Shown here: positions 58,501 to 64,000 of the stretch, piece after piece
How the letters are laid out: the number at the start of each line of letters is the position of its first letter
Position numbering within the stretch: the stretch's first letter is position 1
Assembly: GCA_964016885.1 (NCBI GenBank)
Contig: OZ024743.1
Location: 25,854,001-25,918,000, forward strand
Direction of reading: 5' to 3'
DNA length: 64,000 nucleotides
Source of the DNA: Eledone cirrhosa
Taxonomy: Eukaryota
Notes under the pieces: generated by a model
Seen by the model: only the letters and a program-made list of their open reading frames with translations
What the model was told of the DNA's origin: nothing
Database searches by the model: none
Made by a program: the position numbers and the translations under genes

Positions 58501-61500
58501 TCAATTGAGAATACTGTTGTTACTGGAATACACTTATATCAGTTGACAATACTGTTGTTACTGGAATACACTTATATCAGTTGACAATACTGTTGTTACT
58601 GGAATACACTTATATCAGTTGACAATACTGTTGTTACTGGAATACTCTTATATCAGTTGACAATACTGTGGTTACTGGAATACACTTATATCAGTTGATA
58701 ATACTGTTGTTACTGGAATACACTTATTTCAGTTGACAATACTGTTGTTACTGGAATACATTTATATCAGTTGACAATACTGTTGTTACTGGAATACTCT
58801 TATATCAGTTGACAATACTGTTGTTACTGGAATACACTTATATCAGTTGATAATACTGTTGTTACTGGAATACACTTATTTCAGTTGACAATACTGTTGT
58901 TACTGGAATACACTTATATCAGTTGACAATACTGTTGTTACTGGAATACATTTATATTAGTTGACAATACTGTTGTTACTGGAATACACTTATATCAGTT
59001 GATAATACTGTTGTTACTGGAATAGACTTATATCAGTTGACAATACTGTTGTTACTGGAATACACATATATCAGTTGACAATACTGTTGTTACTGGAATA
59101 CACTTATATCAGTTGATAATACTCTTGTTACTGGAATACACTTATATCTGTTGACAATACTGTTGTTACTGGAATACAGTTATATCAGTTGACAATACTG
59201 TTGTTACTGGAATACACTTATATCAGTTGACAATACTGTTGTTACTGGAATACACTTATTTCAGTTGATAATACTGTTGTTAATGGAATACACTTATTTC
59301 TGTTGACAATACTGTTGTTACTGGAATAAAGTTATATCAGTTGACAATACTGTTGTTACTGGAATACACTTATATCAGTTGATAATACTGTTGTTACTGG
59401 AATACACTAATATCAGTTGACAATACTGTTGTTACTGGAATACACTTATATCAGTTGACAATACTGTTGTTACTGGAATACACTTATATCAGTTGACAAT
59501 ACTGTTGTTACTGGAATACACTTATATCAGTTGACAATACTGTTGTTACTGGAATACACTTATATCAGTTGACAATACTTTGTTACTGGAATACACTTAT
59601 GTCAGTTGACAATACTGTTGTTACTGGAATACACTTATGTCAGTTGACAATACTGTTTTTAATGGAATGCACTTATATCAGTTGACAATACTGTTGTTAC
59701 TGGAATACACTTATATCAGTTGACAATAATGTTGTTACTGGAATACACTTATATCAGTTGACAATACTGTTGTTACTGGAATACACTTATATCAGTTGAT
59801 AATACTGTTGTTACTAGAATACACTTATATCATTTGACAATACTGTTGTTACTGGAATACAAATATATCAGTTGACAATACAGTTGTTACTGGCATACAC
59901 TTATATCAGATGACAATACTGTTGTTACTGGAATACACTTATATCAGTTGATATTACTGTTGTTACTGGAATACACTTATTTCAGTTGACAATACTGTTG
60001 TTACTGGAATACACTTATATCAGTTGATAATACTGTTGTTACTGGAATACACTTATATCTGTTGACAATACTTTTGTTACTGGAATACACTTATATCAAT
60101 TGAGAATACTGTTGTTACTGGAATACACTTATATCAGTTGACAATACTGTTGTTACTGGAATACACTTATATCAGTTGACAATACTGTTGTTACTGGAAT
60201 ACACTTATATCAGTTGACAATACTGTTGTTACTGGAATACACTTATATCAGTTGACAATACTGTTGTTACTGGAATACACATATATCAGTTGATAATACT
60301 GTTGTTACTGGAAAACACTTATATCAGTTGACAATACTGTTGTTACTGGAATACACTTATATCAGTTGATAATACTCTTGTTACTGGAATACACTTATAT
60401 CTGTTGACAATACTGTTGTTACTGTAATACAGTTATATCAGTTGACAATACTGTTGTTACTGGAATACACTTATATCAGTTGACAATACTGTTGTTACTG
60501 GAATACACTTATATCAGTTGATAATACTGTTGTTAATGGAATACACTTATATCTGTTGACAATACTGTTGTTACTGGAATAAAGTTATATCAGTTGACAA
60601 TACTGTTGTTACTGGAATACACTTATATCAGTTGATAATACTGTTGTTACTGGAATACACTTATATCAGTTGACAATACTGTTGTTACTGGAATACACTT
60701 ATATCAGTTGACAATACTGTTGTTACTGGAATACACTTATATCAGTTAACAATACTGTTGTTACTGGAATACACTTATATCAGTTGACAATACTGTTGTT
60801 ACTGGAATACACTTATATCAGTTGACAATACTTTGTTACTGGAATACACTTATGTCAGTTGACAATACTGTTGTTACTGGAATACAATTATATCAGTTGA
60901 CAATACTGTTGTTAATGGAATGCACTTATATCAGTTGACAATACTGTTGTTACTGGAATACACTTATATCAGTTGACAATAATGTTGTTACTGGAATACA
61001 CTTATATCAGTTGACAATACTGTTGTTACTGGAATACACTTATATCAGTTGATAATACTGTTGTTACTAGAATACACTTATATCATTTGACAATACTGTT
61101 GTTACTGGAATAGAAATATATCAGTTGACAATACAGTTGTTACTGGAATACACTTATATCAGATGACAATACTGTTGTTACTGGAATACACTTATATCAG
61201 TTGATATTACTGTTGTTACTGGAATACACTTATTTCAGTTGACAATACTGTTGTTACTGGAATAAAGTTATATCAGTTGACAATACTGTTGTTACTGGAA
61301 TACACTTATATCAGTTGATAATACTGTTGTTACTGGAATACACTAATATCAGTTGACAATACTGTTGTTACTGGAATACACTTATATCAGTTGACAATAC
61401 TGTTGTTACTGGAATACACTTATATCAGTTGACAATACTGTTGTTACTGGAATACACTTATATCAGTTGACAATACTGTTGTTACTGGAATACACTTATA

Positions 61501-64000
61501 TCAGTTGACAATACTTTGTTACTGGAATACACTTATGTCAGTTGACAATACTGTTGTTACTGGAATACACTTATATCAGTTGACAATACTGTTGTTAATG
61601 GAATGCACTTATATCAGTTGACAATACTGTTGTTACTGGAATACACTTATATCAGTTGACAATACTGTTGTTACTGGAATACACTTATATCTGTTGACAA
61701 TACTGTTGTTGCTGGAATACACTTATATCAGTTGATAATACTGTTGTTACTGGAATACACTTATATCAGTTGACAATACTGTTGTTACTGGAATACACTT
61801 ATATCAGTTGACAATACTGTTGTTACTGGAATACACTTATATCAGTTGACAATACTTTTGTTACTGGAATACACATATATCAGTTGATAATACTGTTGTT
61901 ACTGGAAAACACTTATATCAGTTGACAATACTGTTGTTACTGGAATACACTTATATCAGTTGATAATACTCTTGTTACTGGAATACACTTATATCTGTTG
62001 ACAATACTGTTGTTACTGTAATACAGTTATATCAGTTGACAATACTGTTGTTACTGGAATACACTTATATCAGTTGACAATACTGTTGTTACTGGAATAC
62101 ACTATCAGTTGATAATACTGTTGTTACTGGAATACACATATTTCAGCTGACACTACTGTTGTTACTGGAATACACTTATATCAGTTGATAATACTGTTGT
62201 TACTGGAATACACTTATATCAGTTGATAATACTGTTGTTACAGGAATACACTTATATCAGTTGACAATACTGTTGTTACTGGAATACACTTATATCAGTT
62301 GACAATACTGTTGTTAATGGAATGCACTTATATCAGTTGACAATACTGTTGTTACTGGAATACACTTATATCAGTTGACAATACTGTTGTTACTGGAATA
62401 CACTTATATCAGTTGACAATACTGTTGTTACTGGAATACACTTATACCAGTTGATAATACTGTTGTTACTAGAATACACTTATATCATTTGACAATACTG
62501 TTGTTACTGGAATACACTTATTTCAGTTGACTATACTGTTGTTACTGGAAGACACTTATATCAGTTGATAATACTGTTGTTACTGGAATACACTTATATC
62601 AGTTTACAATACTGTTCTTACTGGAATACACTTATATCAGTTGACAATAATGTTGTTACTGGAATACACTTATATCAGTTGACAGTACTGTTGTTACTGG
62701 TATACACTTATATCAGTTGATAATACTGTTGTTACTGGAATACACTTATATCAGTTGACAATACAGTTGTTACTGGAATACACTTATATCAGTTGACAAT
62801 ACTGTTGTTACTGGAATACACTTATATCAGTTGACAATACTGTTGTTACTGGAATACACTTATATCAGTTGACAATACTGTTGTTACTGGAATACACTTA
62901 TTTCAGTTAACAATACTGTTGTTACTGGAATACACTGATATCAGTTGACAATACTGTTCTTACTGGAATAGACTTATATCAGTTGACAATACTGTTGTTA
63001 CTGGAATACACTTATATCAGTTGATAATACTGTTACTGGAATACACTTATATCAGTTGACAATACTGTTGTTACTGGAATACACTTATATCAGTTGATAA
63101 TACTGTTGTTACTGGAATACACTTATATCAGTTGATAATACTGTTGTTACTGGAATACACTTATATCAGTTGACAATACTGTTGTTACTGGAATACACTT
63201 ATATCAGTTGATAATACTGTTGTTACTGGAATACACTTATACCTGTTGACAATACTGTTGTTACTGGAATACAGTTATATCAGTTGACAATGCTGTTGTT
63301 ACTGGAATACACTTATATCAGTTGACAATACTGTTGTTACTGGAATACACTTATATCAGTTGATAATACTGTTGTTAATGGAATACACTTATATCTGTTA
63401 ACAATACTGTTGTTACTGGAATACACTTATATCAGTTGACAATACTGTTGTTACTGGAATACACTTATATCAGTTGACAATACTGTTGTTACTGGAATAC
63501 ACTTATATCAGTTGATAATACTGTTGTTACTAGAATACACTTATATCATTTGACAATACTGTTGTTACTGGAATACACTTATATCAGTTGACAATACTGT
63601 TGTTACTGGAATACACTTATATCAGTTGATATTACTGTTGTTACTGGAATACACTTATTTCAGTTGACAATACTGTTGTTACTGGAATACACTTATATCA
63701 GTTGACAATACTTTGTTACTGGAATACACTTATATCAGTTGATAATACTGTTGTTACTGGAATACACTTATTTCAATTGACAATACTGTTGTTACTGAAA
63801 ACACTTATATCAGTTGACAATACTGTTGTTACTGGAATACACTTATGTCAGTTGACAATACTGTTGTTACTGGAATACACTTATATCAGTTGATAATACT
63901 GTTGTTACTGGAATACACTTATATCAGTTGATAATACTGTTGTTACTGGAATACATTTATATCAGTTGACAATACTGTTGTTACTGGAATACACTTATAT
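57600..64000 (+). repeat. Right flank variant domain (haplotype A again), with more private variants and indels
   Basis: Reappearance of CAGATGAC (58085, 58313, 59908, 61161), TCAATTGAGAAT (58501, about 60097), AATGGAATGCAC, TTATGTCAG and GGAAGACAC (about 62547). Confidence 0.85.

Larger units (their letters stand above)
1..64000 (+). repeat. 38-bp tandem satellite array, about 1,685 head-to-tail monomers, consensus CTTATATCAGTTGACAATACTGTTGTTACTGGAATACA; runs off both window edges
   Basis: The monomer starts at 1, 39, 77 and so on, and the same unit continues to 64000 with no unique sequence or strand switch seen. Most monomers differ from consensus by 0-2 substitutions, with rare 1-3 bp deletions. 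Confidence 0.99.

Noticed and set aside
63702-63893. 63-aa ORF from the ORF track (TTG start)
   Set aside because: It is only the translation of satellite monomers. Two 1-bp deletions (about 63712 and 63797) let the frame skip the TGA that otherwise occurs every 114 bp. There is no other evidence of coding.
1-64000. CRISPR array (repeat length in CRISPR range, GTT...ACAC-like phase)
   Set aside because: Monomers abut directly with no unique spacers, and there is no leader or cas gene in the window.
1-64000. Giant repetitive protein under a TGA-recoding genetic code (the consensus + strand has one TGA per 3 monomers: LISVDNTVVTGIHLYQLTILLLLEYTYIS*QYCCYWNT)
   Set aside because: The very common GAC-to-GAT variant creates TAA in that frame, the frameshifting deletions and duplication periods do not preserve frame, and the - strand has TAA/TGA stops.
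1-64000. Telomerase-type telomeric repeat
   Set aside because: There is no G/C strand skew (6 G, 6 C) and no G-runs, and variants are inherited in multi-kb blocks, which indicates recombinational copying and not templated re-synthesis.
1-64000. RIP or methylation-driven C-to-T decay explaining the GACA-to-GATA variant
   Set aside because: The other CpA/TpG sites in the monomer are rarely mutated, the consensus has no CpG, and many variants are transversions.
1-64000. Nucleosome-length periodicity (4x38=152, 5x38=190)
   Set aside because: No 4- or 5-monomer variant periodicity was visible, so this is a numerical coincidence without MNase data.
1-64000. Pure sequencing artefact or rolling-circle concatemer of one short template
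   Set aside because: The variants form ordered, hierarchically inherited cassettes and positional domains, which random read error on a single template would not produce. The copy number of individual blocks still needs read validation.

Overview
The whole 64 kb window is one uninterrupted, head-to-tail tandem array of a 38-bp AT-rich monomer (consensus CTTATATCAGTTGACAATACTGTTGTTACTGGAATACA, 12/38 GC, about 1,685 copies, all in the same orientation). It looks like satellite DNA, probably eukaryotic, but the organism cannot be identified from the sequence. I found no genes, RNA genes, transposon insertions, inversions or CRISPR spacers, and the one ORF in the track is a by-product of two 1-bp deletions in the repeat. 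The structure of interest is in the pattern of monomer variants. (i) Nested tandem higher-order duplications have periods of 6, 12, 14, 18, 39, 54, 70, 86, 92 and 106 monomers, the 106-mer (4,027 bp) occurring three times. (ii) The array has an A-B-A layout: both ends (about 1-7 kb and 57.6-64 kb) share variants I did not see in the central 50 kb, which has its own variants. (iii) Stepwise mutation series occur at fixed slots of a recurring monomer cassette. All coordinates and periods were read by eye from marker variants, and block boundaries are uncertain by a few monomers.
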